From: Salisapilia sapeloensis CBS 127946
Taxonomy: Eukaryota > Protista > Oomycota
NCBI GenBank assembly: GCA_023334545.1
Contig: JAADVB010000175.1
Span: 1 to 40,060 of the forward strand
Reading direction: 5' to 3'
DNA: 40,060 nucleotides
Shown: positions 10,405 to 20,312 of the stretch, one piece after another
Position numbering within the stretch: position 1 is the first letter of the stretch
How the letters are laid out: each line of letters opens with the position of its first letter
Translations under genes and position numbers: made by a program
The notes under the pieces: generated by a model
Seen by the model: the letters and a program-made list of their open reading frames with translations, nothing else
Databases searched by the model: none
Told to the model about the DNA's origin: nothing

Positions 10405-13400
10405 ATGCTGCAGTCGGTTTCAAGTCACATTTGTAAAAATAGTTATCGTCCATTTCTCGAGCTCAGGTGCTCGTACATTTCCATTCTTATGTATGATCCA
10501 GATTCCGAGGAAGTCTCTCCTTTCACCAAATTCCGGTCGGTTTTTGGCTTTAGTGACAGCACAGCACTTCCTGTGTTGCCTCGTCCTTCTCAAGTAGCTC
10601 CACACTCTCCAGAACACGTAGCACTTCCGTCACTAAAGCCGACAGGGTTGAAATTACCAAACATCATAAAGAAACCAGAGGTCAACCACCACCCAAGAGC
10701 AAAGAAAAGCAATCAGCTTGACAGCCCACAGAATAAGGAAGGTGGGTGCGAAGATGGATTGCTTGAAACTGAGTCGAATAACTCTAGTCGCAGGAAAGTA
10801 GAGGAGAAGAATAAAAAATATATTAAAGAGCTCGAGAGGAACAAAAGGTTGGAGAAAGAAAAGCAAGAGAGGAAGGAGCGTAGGTTGCGCATGAAGCACG
10901 AACAGCGGACGAGAGAATTGGCGCTTAAGCAGCAGGAGCGAGCAAAAGCTGGAATCAAGATCAGCAACCAGCGTGCTGAAAACGGCCCAAAATTGAGTGA
11001 TACACGTGTTGAGCAAGTGGAATGCACTGAGGAAGAAGAGTCAGAGGAAAAGAAGTTGATGCGGAAGAAGTTGTTGCTGCAGCAAAAGTCTCTGCTGGCC
11101 AAACTACAAGCAAAGCAGAAGGAAGAGGCCAAGCTGCAGGAAGAGTTGCAGCGTAAAGCTAAGAAGAAGGAATCAAAGGTAAAGAAGAAGGTATTAGAGT
11201 CGATTTACAAGTCAAAGGAAGAAAAGGAGATTACTAATTGCCATGGAGTGAGCGTGGAAAGCTTGCCTTGTCCAGACACAAACAAAGTGTCACCGGAAGT
11301 TGATGAAGAGGAGGAGAAAAGGAGGAAGATGAAGGCAAAGAAGAAAGAGAAGGCTCGTCGACAGAAGCAAATGGAATACCTTGCACAGCTAGCTATCCAG
11401 CGACAACTGAAGCAAGAAGAGGAAGAAAAGCAGCGTATGATGGAGGAGAAGCAGAGACAGAAGATTCGGGAGGATGCAGCCAAGGTTCTCCAGAAAGCAG
11501 CGGAAGACTACAAGCTGATGCTAGGGCAGCGTGAAGAGGAGGAACAACGGTTGGCGGAAGAGAAAGAGAGGCAGCGGAAGGAAAGAGAAGCGAATGTGGA
11601 CATTGACGCGATGGTCGAGAGGCTAAGTAAAGTGTCGGAGAAGGAAAGTATGAGCGTGAATGAACGCATCCAAGACCTTACGCGGTGGAAGAAGCGAAAT
11701 GGAGCTGGGCCTGATCAGAAAGTGTTTGTTGTAACTGGGTGGTATCCTGTCATTCGAGAGGAGTTGGAGAGGCGAGGATGGATGCATAACTCGGATCGAA
11801 ACTCTGCTTGCTTTGACTTTAAATGGGCTCTCAAAAGCGAAGATCTCAAGGCGACAAGCTTGGAAAAGTGGCAGATAACGAATCATTTCAAGAAGAATAC
11901 AGCGATTACTACCAAAGTAGGCTTGTTGCAGAACTTGAAGCAGCACTTGCTATGGCAGTGTGACGAGCGATGGGAAGCCTTCTTTCCTATGGCATTCGAT
12001 CTAAATGACCAAGAAGAGATGTCAGCATTCCAGGAAGAGTTCAAGTACATATATGCGGAGGGTCTTTTGAAGAAGGTGGCAAAAGCGGTGTTGGAAACGG
12101 ACGTGGAAGTGAATGCTGGTCTTTTGGATGTCTTGTTGCGCATTGCAGAGCGTAAGCTGAGGAGCTGGAAGGCAGGTATGTCTTTGGAGGAGAGTGTGGA
12201 TATGGAGGACGTAGGGAAGAAGCAAGTGAGCTCACTCGAGTGGGCTTTATTGAAGTTAATCGGACGAGAAAGCATGTACGCAGCATTGGATGGAAAGCTG
12301 GATCTCGAGTACGTCTCCGAGACGACGATAGCGCCGGAAGATTATGAAAGCTTGCCAACGAAAGAGAAAAAAGCGATAAAGATGCAGGAACAGAAGAAGA
12401 AGGCATTGTTTCGGGAAGAAGAAAGCAGATTGAACAGGTTGTTAGCCGTATCCGAGCATCTCGACGAAGATAGAAAATCAACATTTGTCGGACTTGTACG
12501 GCAGTTGGCAACTCACAATCCGCAATTCGACATCAATGGCGGCAGTCGTAGGCTGTTTAATAATAGCGCACTTCCGCATGTTGACAGTGAGAACGTTTGG
12601 ATCGTCAAGCCTGCCGGCATGTCCAGGGGACGTGGTATTAAAGTGTTCAACGACCTGGACGCTTTATTGGAATATACGAGTGTGGAAACCCAAAAAGAGA
12701 GTCAGTGGGTAGCGCAAAAGTACATTGAGAACCCTCTATTGGTGTCCAAGCGCAAGTTTGATATTCGTCAATGGGTACTCGTGACGGACTGGGATCCGCT
12801 GACTGTCTGGAGCTATGGCGATTGCTACATCCGTTTGTCGTGCGAGGCCTACGACATTGCAAACCTTCATGATGCGTACGTCCATCTAACGAATAATTCG
12901 GTGCAAAAGTATAGCGACAAGTTCGAGGACACGTACGACTTGTACTCGAGTGTGGAGATTTCGAGGGAAGAGATGAGTCAGATACAAGTGGAAGGGAACA
13001 TGCTCCACTCACGAGACTTTGCCAAGTACTTGTCGATGATGGTGGGAAAGCCCGCAGAGGAAATTTGGGATGCGAACGTGAAGAAAGAGATGCAAAGGAT
13101 CATCGCAGCGTCTTTGCAGAGTGTCCAAGACGTCGTGGAGCCGCGTAAGAACAGTTTTGAGCTCTACGGGTATGACTTTATGATCGACGAAGACTGCAAG
13201 CCATGGTTGATCGAAGTGAACAGCTCACCGGCTTGCGACTATAGTACGAAGGTGACACAAGAGTATGTGGAAGGTGGATTGAAGGGTCTTTTGGCGGTGG
13301 TACTGGACGGGCCGAATGAGCCAAACAAGGACAAGATTTGTGGTTGGGAGCGCGTGCACAAGGGTGAGAGCATCGGGAAGCCTCCAGTGAGTGGTGTGAT

Positions 13401-13518
13401 AGGCATCGACTTCCATGCGAAGGGAGTGAAGATGAAGAGGCATCGGCATCGGGTAAAGCAGGCCGATCCGGTGGAGAAAGAGGAGAGTGATATGGAGACC
13501 GAGACGACTCAGCTATAA
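10405..13518 (+). CDS. Tubulin-tyrosine-ligase-like protein, TTLL3/8 (tubulin glycylase) type, with long charged N-terminal coiled coil; alternative start at 10489
   Basis: NHFKKNTAITTKVGL, WIVKPAGMSRGRGI, QKYIENPLL..KFDIRQWVLVTDWDPLTVW, HLTNNSVQK, FELYGYDFMIDEDCKPWLIEVNSSP. Confidence 0.9.
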   Translation: MLQSVSSHICKNSYRPFLELRCSYISILMYDPDSEEVSPFTKFRSVFGFSDSTALPVLPRPSQVAPHSPEHVALPSLKPTGLKLPNIIKKPEVNHHPRAKKSNQLDSPQNKEGGCEDGLLETESNNSSRRKVEEKNKKYIKELERNKRLEKEKQERKERRLRMKHEQRTRELALKQQERAKAGIKISNQRAENGPKLSDTRVEQVECTEEEESEEKKLMRKKLLLQQKSLLAKLQAKQKEEAKLQEELQRKAKKKESKVKKKVLESIYKSKEEKEITNCHGVSVESLPCPDTNKVSPEVDEEEEKRRKMKAKKKEKARRQKQMEYLAQLAIQRQLKQEEEEKQRMMEEKQRQKIREDAAKVLQKAAEDYKLMLGQREEEEQRLAEEKERQRKEREANVDIDAMVERLSKVSEKESMSVNERIQDLTRWKKRNGAGPDQKVFVVTGWYPVIREELERRGWMHNSDRNSACFDFKWALKSEDLKATSLEKWQITNHFKKNTAITTKVGLLQNLKQHLLWQCDERWEAFFPMAFDLNDQEEMSAFQEEFKYIYAEGLLKKVAKAVLETDVEVNAGLLDVLLRIAERKLRSWKAGMSLEESVDMEDVGKKQVSSLEWALLKLIGRESMYAALDGKLDLEYVSETTIAPEDYESLPTKEKKAIKMQEQKKKALFREEESRLNRLLAVSEHLDEDRKSTFVGLVRQLATHNPQFDINGGSRRLFNNSALPHVDSENVWIVKPAGMSRGRGIKVFNDLDALLEYTSVETQKESQWVAQKYIENPLLVSKRKFDIRQWVLVTDWDPLTVWSYGDCYIRLSCEAYDIANLHDAYVHLTNNSVQKYSDKFEDTYDLYSSVEISREEMSQIQVEGNMLHSRDFAKYLSMMVGKPAEEIWDANVKKEMQRIIAASLQSVQDVVEPRKNSFELYGYDFMIDEDCKPWLIEVNSSPACDYSTKVTQEYVEGGLKGLLAVVLDGPNEPNKDKICGWERVHKGESIGKPPVSGVIGIDFHAKGVKMKRHRHRVKQADPVEKEESDMETETTQL

Positions 13519-13561
13519 GTCTAACATATATAAGAAGAAGTAATTGGTTTGTATTTTATAC

Positions 13562-14278
13562 TTAGTCTTCTTCTTCGAGATCGCTGTCATAGTAGATGGT
13601 TTGCTGTATGCGTCGGTTCCGCAGCTCTTCCCTCTCCTCCTTACTTAGACCGGTGGAGCCATTGGTATTGTACATTCCTCCGCAATCGTCCAACGCGTCC
13701 TCCGGTTCCGGACCGTCGTAATTCAGCACCTCCTGCGCACTCAAGTAGTAGGCGAGGAAGGCTGTAGAGAAGCGGTCGGAGCCACCGCCGATTTCGTCCA
13801 AGCCCTGCACCATCCGCTTCACTTGCTGTTCTTTCACGAGTGCCAGGCATGGCATCATCCAGATTCCCAACTTTTGTACTAGGAATTCGCTCTTTTCAGC
13901 ATCGATCCGTAGGAAGCGAGTTTCCAAGTGCTTTGGCGCGAGCTTCTGAATATGGTCATCGACCAAGGGGCAAAATTCATTCTGTGGTGTAAAAAAGTGA
14001 ACAACGAGTTGGTTGCTCTTCTTGATAGCTTCAAAGAACTCTTTCGTATCCGATAGCGTCGTGACTTCCCCGTGTCCTTGTGCCTTGAGTGACTGCTGCT
14101 TCTCTGCCTGTGCCTTCATCTGCCTCATACGCTTCGCACGCAGCTGCTCCAGTTCGTCCTCTCCGGCATTTTCGAGGCGTCGGATGGTCTCGTCCAACTT
14201 GGCATCTTCTTGGTCGAGATTCCGCAGCACCGTCTCGCCCACGGCGCTCGCGACCTGCTCCGCCTGCCACTGGTTCAT
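13562..14278 (-). CDS. TXNDC9: Phosducin-like thioredoxin-domain protein (TXNDC9/PLP3)
   Basis: ELEQLRAKRMRQMK..QGHGEV, VVHFF, HLETRFLRIDAEKSEFLVQKLGIWMMPCLALVK, GLDEIGG. Confidence 0.9.
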   Translation of the reverse strand: MNQWQAEQVASAVGETVLRNLDQEDAKLDETIRRLENAGEDELEQLRAKRMRQMKAQAEKQQSLKAQGHGEVTTLSDTKEFFEAIKKSNQLVVHFFTPQNEFCPLVDDHIQKLAPKHLETRFLRIDAEKSEFLVQKLGIWMMPCLALVKEQQVKRMVQGLDEIGGGSDRFSTAFLAYYLSAQEVLNYDGPEPEDALDDCGGMYNTNGSTGLSKEEREELRNRRIQQTIYYDSDLEEED

Positions 14279-14467
14279 TCTACTTGCGTGTGATCTTCGA
14301 CTGGATCGCGTCCTTTCGCAATTAAGTTCGATTTTACAAGGTAGATGAATTCGGTCAAGTACGAAGTAGACTGTCCAATCACACGGTCTTTATAAAGTGA
14401 CTTTAAACCAATGAGGGAGTAGGAACGGAGCAAAGCCGAGCAAGAGGAAAGAAGATCTCGAGGAAAG

Positions 14468-15427
14468 ATGAACCGATCGGCCTATTCGCACAATGTACAG
14501 GCGCCTCCGCAGCCTAAGCTATGGTCCACGGAAGGCCCACAGATGATGGACACAGAACACGCTGCCGGAACGAGCAAGACGGACAGCATTAACGAGCACG
14601 CGCGGCCTCAGTGGGAGCCGTACGATTTTAACGGTGGCACGGTGCTAGCCATCTCTGGCGAAGACTTTGTCGTCGTGGCAGGTGACACTCGTCTGAGCAC
14701 TGGATACAGTATTCTTAGCCGCACCGAATCCAAGTTGCACGAAGTCACACCGACCACAGTTCTCGGCTGCCCTGGTTCTCACAACGACATCATTCAATTG
14801 CGCCAAGTACGTCTTGATCGTTAGTAGCAGAGTAGATGCAGATGACTGATTCGATCGAATAGATGTTGAGTGTCCGCGCTCAGATGTACGCGCACGACAA
14901 CGACGGGAAGATGCCGTCGGCGGGTGGCGTTGCGCAGTTGCTCATGAACACGCTCTACATGCGACGCTTCTTCCCGTACTACGCTTTCTGTATCCTGTGT
15001 GGAATCGACGAGCAGGGCAAGGGAGCTGTGTACACGTACGACGCCATCGGCTCCCACGACCGTGTGACGCGTGCTGCCCAGGGCTCTGGAGGACACTTGA
15101 TGATCCCGTTGCTGGACAATTTGGTAGAGCACGAAATGCGGACGGACCCCAAGAAGCAGTACTCTGTCGAACAGGTAGTTCTTGAAGGTATTTTTCTGAC
15201 CAGAACCAACTTTTAATGATCCGATTGTAGACCAAGTCCATCATCAAAGACGCCTTCATCACTGCTGGGGAGGTACGTCGTTGACCAGTGGACCTTTTGT
15301 AGTGTCGTTATTAATTGTGGTGCTTTTGCATATGTAGCGTGACATTTACACCGGCGACAGCGTGGAGATCATGGTGATCACCGCCAGTGGGACGCAGACG
15401 GAGGTGTTCAACCTCAAGCAGGATTAA
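14468..15427 (+). CDS. PSMB1: 20S proteasome beta-6 subunit (PSMB1/Pre7), 4 exons
   Basis: WEPYDFNGGTVLAISGEDFVVVAGDTRLSTGYSILSR, LYMRRFFPYY, VYTYDAIGS, then IKDAFITAGERDIYTGD across introns; ends LKQD*. Confidence 0.95.
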
Positions 15428-15551
15428 GTCGGTGGCTTCGTACCATGTGCAAGCCGCTAATAAAAAGACTGAAAAGCCATCTCTTGGTTCAAGACCAGTA
15501 CCGTACTTTATTTGTTGGAAGAACTCTCTCCCCTTGGCCATGGCATTTACC

Positions 15552-16092
15552 TCATGCCTCGCGATTCTTCAGCGCCACCTGCCGGACCTTGCGCTTGTAC
15601 GTCTCTGGATCGTTCTTTAAGTCCTGGTACGGCTCTCTCTGAGCAGGGTCGGACATGTTGGGTGCGTTCAGCAGGTCCTGGATTCCCTTTAGAATTTGCT
15701 TGATGGTCACGCTAGGCTTCCAGTCCTTGTCTTCGCTCAAAATGGAGAGGCAGACAGTCCCACTCGGGTACACGTTCGGATGGTAAAGTGGAGGTGTGAA
15801 CTTGACGTGCGGAGGTTTGCTAGGATAGTCTTCCGAGAACGTCAAGGCTAGCTTGTACACGCCTCCTTCCCAGTCTGTTTTCTCTTTGCCTATTTTCTCT
15901 CGTTAAGGAGGAAGGACAATCGACGGATGGACTTAATGAAGACGTACCTGGGATGCCAGCGTGCCACAGGAGCAGATTGAGTGACCCATCGGCGTTCGTG
16001 GTCGGGCGTGCCCAAAATCCGGCCGGGTGGTCCTTCCGCCAGTTCCGACGCTCTTGCCGCAGTCGAGCGACCGCGATCGAGTCCTCACTCAT
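15552..16092 (-). CDS. UBC9: SUMO-conjugating enzyme, 2 exons (intron 15890-15947)
   Basis: [24 protein letters not shown]|[32 protein letters not shown]. Confidence 0.96.
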
Positions 16093-16227
16093 GTTTCTGT
16101 GTCGATGTGTTTCGGTCGAGCACCAGGCAAATTAGGTAGTTCCACCCTGCGTCAAATAGCCTATTCTTGAAAAACGCACTGTGAAAGGTTGCAATCGCAA
16201 GATCGACCTAATTGGAGACCAGTAGTT

Positions 16228-16703
16228 ATGGATCAAGAGGTATACTTTGTCTTGATAGAGCCTGAATGCTCTTTAACTAGATCTTTCATTGTAGAGTGAA
16301 TTCAACCAGGACGATGTGCTGCCGATTGCCAAGACGGTGAGTACAAGTCAATCGACTCTAGATGTGACTAGTACGCTTACCAGAGCTGTATGTGAATGCG
16401 TAGGCGATTGAGGCGAGTCTAAAGGACACAGTGTACAGTCGAAAGAAAGTCATAGATTGGTCGAATGCACTGGTGGCGTCCGTTCTATCCGGACTTCAGA
16501 ACCTGAACAAGCCACTCAAGTACGGTGTCACATGTATGATATTACAAAAGACAGGAGCGCCTGCCACCACGGCAGCTTCATGTCGATGGGACGCTCAGCT
16601 CGACGGGTGCTGCACAGTGCTTTGGGAGAACGCGACGCTCTATTGTATCGTTACTGTCTACGGAGTAGCAATCTCTCCTCAAGCAGCCAAAGTGGATACT
16701 TAG
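16228..16703 (+). CDS. Tctex-1 family dynein light chain, 3 exons (12-nt first exon)
   Basis: MDQE|SEFNQDDVLPIAKT|AIEASL..LNKPLKYGVTCMILQKTGA..CRWDAQLDG..WENATLYCIVTVYGV. Confidence 0.9.
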
Positions 16704-16798
16704 AGCAGGCGAGACGAAGAACGGAGCAAAACGAAACAGAGCAGTTTATGGCTAAGATAATCGAACTTTCATTATGTCCCAAACGACAAAGCTTTGTA

Positions 16799-17155
16799 CT
16801 AGTATTTGGGGTCGATCGCACGCGCCCAGTTCTAAGTGGAAGCAATGCACGATGAGATATCACGTATGGAATGCAATTGGTGGAATACAAAAGTACCTTG
16901 TAGTCGGGGTTGTACTGGAATTGGGATGCGTCGAGGAAGATGAGGTCCGTGAGGAGTATCATGAAGAGGAAGATGACGAGAACGGCCTGTAGAAAGCAGA
17001 TTGGGCGTGTTACTATATAAAAGAGAGGTGAGAAGACGGAGGAGATGGTCACTCACCCACGGAATCCAGGCGTCTCCAGCAGCTCCAAAGGCCACGAAAG
17101 TGAAGAATATAATGACGAGCAGCTGCAGGAGTTGCCTATAGTTGGAGAACCACAT
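16799..17155 (-). CDS. 73-aa two-TM membrane microprotein of unknown function, 3 exons (introns 16987-17056, 16832-16896)
   Basis: Both introns are phase 0 with strong donors (GTGAGT, GTACTT) and pyrimidine-rich acceptors. Product: MWFSNYRQLLQLLVIIFFTFVAFGAAGDAWIPWAVLVIFLFMILLTDLIFLDASQFQYNPDYKNWARAIDPKY*. Confidence 0.8.
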
Positions 17156-17676
17156 CTTTGCGTCTGCAGCCGAGCAATCTTCCTACTCGTCTTGACCCAC
17201 CTAATAAACGTAGTGTACTTGCTACTGTGGTCGTTCGGGTATATTTGCAGCATAATTGGCGAAAGAAACGTATTTTTTAGATACTCGATCTATCTTGCTA
17301 CGATCGCTCCAAGTGCATGCACGCATCGTATAGCCTTGTATATTGCAAACGTCTTGACGATCTCCTGTTGTACGTAAGAGGTATACATAATGGATTTTGT
17401 GTCTACCAAAAGATATTGTCATAAAAGAGATTTTGGGCGTGATAGCTGCGAACAGCATTGTCCATACCCAGCAGGCTATCGACATCAATCTACACTGGTC
17501 AACACTTGCATGCCCTAGACAAGAAAGCTGCATGCACCACCAAAACGCAGAAAGGTACAAGAGACGGAAAATGCTCATGGCATCTTGTATTTAAGACTAG
17601 CGACATACTTCTCGTGATATCCAGATTTATCTCACGACACGAGCACGTCGTCCAGTGTTTTCCTGTTATTCTGCAC

Positions 17677-17883
17677 TTACTGGCTGTTGGGCACTCGACG
17701 CTGCTCTTCGGACGGGAACTTGACGTGGGTCCGGTTGGAGTGGAGCGTGGCAGGCAACATGATGGCGCCGATGGTGAGCGCAGCGATAGCCGTCTTGGTC
17801 TGCCAGTTGCTGACGGAGTGCCACCAGCCTCCCGCAGGAGACCAGACGTGCCGGGGGTACGGGAATCGTCTCGGGCCGCTCAT
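17677..17883 (-). CDS. Small single-TM protein resembling the complex I accessory subunit of fungal NUUM type; may splice at GTAAGT (17679) to a short last exon near 17575-17596
   Basis: RFPYPRHVWSPAGGWW..NWQTKTAIAALTIGAI, recalled as the FPYPxxVWSPxGGWW..NW..NT pattern. Confidence 0.7.
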   Translation of the reverse strand: MSGPRRFPYPRHVWSPAGGWWHSVSNWQTKTAIAALTIGAIMLPATLHSNRTHVKFPSEEQRRVPNSQ

Positions 17884-18046
17884 TGCTTATTCTCGTTGTG
17901 ACTTGGTGCGTTGTATCTCGGAATATTATATGCACTTGTGCGGACGGAAGGGACGAGATAGAGGCTGTTTTGATGGGACGTATGGGCTCGAACTGCGACC
18001 GTTAATTCGAGTCGGGCGTGTACTCGATCCACCATACTTTAAGGAA

Positions 18047-19770
18047 ATGGCGGAGGAAGACATCGATTCGCTCCTGGAGGCAGGCATCAAGGCTTCTTCG
18101 AACGCGCCGAGCGTCGCGCCCGTCCAAGAGGTGCGTGTTATAAAATACGTGTATATCGTGCACCTTGTTATTGAAAACGGCACTCTTCTAGCTTTTGTAC
18201 CAGGCTCGCTGACCATCCGGATGTGTACTGCATATTAAAATAGGATGTCGAGATGGAGGAACCAAAGCAAGAGAACAAGGAGCCGGACGTACAACATAGA
18301 GACGATAAACCGAAGGAAAAACGACGGCATCGATCCAAATCCAGGTCTCGTGATCGTCGACGGCGGTCCAAACGGTCTCGATCCAGGACGAAGCGGTCTC
18401 GATCTAGGTCCAAATCGCGTCGGGACCACGATCGACGTCGCGACAGGTCTCGCAGTCGCGACCGTAGACGCAGACGTCGTCGTAGTCGCTCGAGAGATCG
18501 CAGCCGCTCGCGAGACCGTAGTCGATCGGAGCGCAAGAGTCGTTCCAAGTCCAAGTCCAAGTCGAAGCCAGAGGCGGAGGAGACGAAGCGCGAGACGTCG
18601 ATGGAGCGTCGTCAGAGGGAGCACTTGATGGAGCTAACGAGAGATCACCGGACGGTCTTTGTGGGTCAGCTGACGCAAAAGGTGCGTGAGAAGGACCTAC
18701 GTCGGTTCTTTGAGAAGATCGGTCGGACGGAGCAAGTGACGCTGATCAAGGACAAGTTCACCAGTCGATCCAAAGGCTTTGCATACGTTGAAATGTCGAA
18801 TCTCGAGGACATTCCGAAAGTCCTGAATATGAATGGACGTGTGCCAGAGTTCCAGGTCTTCCCCATCATGGTCAAGGCATCCGAGGCAGAGAAAAACTTT
18901 GCCGCCAAGCAGACGGCGGCCAGTGCATCGAGCGACACGGCCGTCAAGGTCGGCGATAGTCTGGCTGCTAGAACCGTCTACTGCGGTAACCTCCACACGA
19001 ACATCACGGAGGACGACCTAAAGGCTGTCTTCGAGGCCTTTGGAGACGTCCAGTCCGTGACACTCAATCGAGACGAGGTGGGTCACTCGAAAGGCTTTGG
19101 TTTCATCCAGTTCGGTAGTGCGTCCGAAGCCAACTTTGCGCTCTCCAAAGGCAACGGTCTAGAGCTGGCGGGCAAGAACATCAAGCTCGGGTCTGTCAAT
19201 GAAAGCTCCTTTGGCGGATCTTCTGGCGGGTACGCAGGTAGCTCGACGGCGTGGAAGCTGGATGACGACGACGAGAGTGGGCTGACGATGGACTCGCACT
19301 CGAGATCGGCGCTCATGGCCAAGCTCGAGGGAGGGTCTGGTCGGCAGGACGATGCAGCTGGGCAAAAGGCGAGTGCTCCAGCCCAGCCGAGTCGACTGGC
19401 GGCGCTGGCGGCTAGCTCGGACGTCGAAGGCACTGAGTCGTTCTGCTTTGTCATTCGCAACATGTTCGACGCGAGCGAAGAGAAGAAGTCTGGGGCAGTG
19501 CGTTGGGCAGAAGAGATCAAGGAGGATGTGGAGGAGGAGTGCGCGGCATTTGGCGAGGTCCTCCACTGTCACGTGGAGCAGGAAAAGGTGGGCGGACTGG
19601 TGTACCTGCTCTTCCTCCGACAACCGTCGGCAGTGCAGGCGGCGCAGAAACTCCACGGTCGGTGGTTCAATCAGCGTCAGATCAGCGTCCGATACCTGTC
19701 TTCCCAAGAGTACGTCGGCATGTTCCCGAGTGCTAGGTCGTTAGTGCAAAAGGCGAGAGATGCGGTCTAG
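18047..19770 (+). CDS. RBM39: RBM39/CAPER-like splicing factor (RS domain, 2 RRMs, UHM), intron 18131-18243
   Basis: RS repeats, RDHRTVFVGQL..SKGFAYVEM, SKGFGFIQF, SRSALMAKL, C-terminal NMFD..IKEDVEEECAAFG..LHGRWFNQRQI. Confidence 0.93.
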
Positions 19771-19811
19771 ACACACGAATACAAGACTTTTATCGATGAG
19801 ATATACACTGT

Positions 19812-20240
19812 TCATTCCTCCTTTTCGTCTTTAATAGGTGCTGGATCGGCGGCTGGAGGGTCTACGACGAGAAACTCGCCTACGAGCGCCATGAGCTGGT
19901 CAATCTGATCGTCCGTGAACCGATCGGCGCAGTCTTCTATAAGCAAGTGGATGTCCACGAGTTCCGTCGGACAGTGGTTGATGAGCTGCATCTTTTCACC
20001 GGGCGTTAAATCAAAGGCCTGCGTCTCTATAGCCTGCAGAAAGTGTTGAATGCGTTCCGGCGTCAATTGAGAGCTGCGTTGCTGGTGGTGCGTGAGAAAC
20101 TTGACGATCTTGTGGTCTATCCAGTTCCTGTCCGCATAGGCTTTTCCGGACGTGTGCAGCCGCTGCGTCTGTCGTTCCTGGACGACCTGGAGCACCTCGT
20201 AGTCGCTCAAGGCGCCTTCGTTGGCGAGCAGCACCTTCAT
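19812..20240 (-). CDS. RPC17: RNA polymerase III subunit RPC17/CRCP (Rpb4 family)
   Basis: MKVLLANEGALSDYEVLQVV, LTPGEKMQLINHCPTELVDIHLLIEDCADRFTDDQIDQL. Confidence 0.88.
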   Translation of the reverse strand: MKVLLANEGALSDYEVLQVVQERQTQRLHTSGKAYADRNWIDHKIVKFLTHHQQRSSQLTPERIQHFLQAIETQAFDLTPGEKMQLINHCPTELVDIHLLIEDCADRFTDDQIDQLMALVGEFLVVDPPAADPAPIKDEKEE

Positions 20241-20312
20241 TTTTACAACACCTTCGATGGCATACTTAACAGTTACATTTCCACATGATGCGTTACCAAC
20301 AACTACAAGTTC

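Noticed and set aside
17222-17578. 118-aa Cys-containing ORF with a hydrophobic start, possible small secreted protein
   Set aside because: AT-rich, ambiguous splice options, and overlaps the possible last exon of the NUUM-like gene; insufficient support.
18168-18628. Long antisense and alternate-frame ORFs over RBM39 (and similar ones over TTLL, UNC45, HisIE)
   Set aside because: Shadow ORFs caused by RS repeats and codon bias of the real gene.
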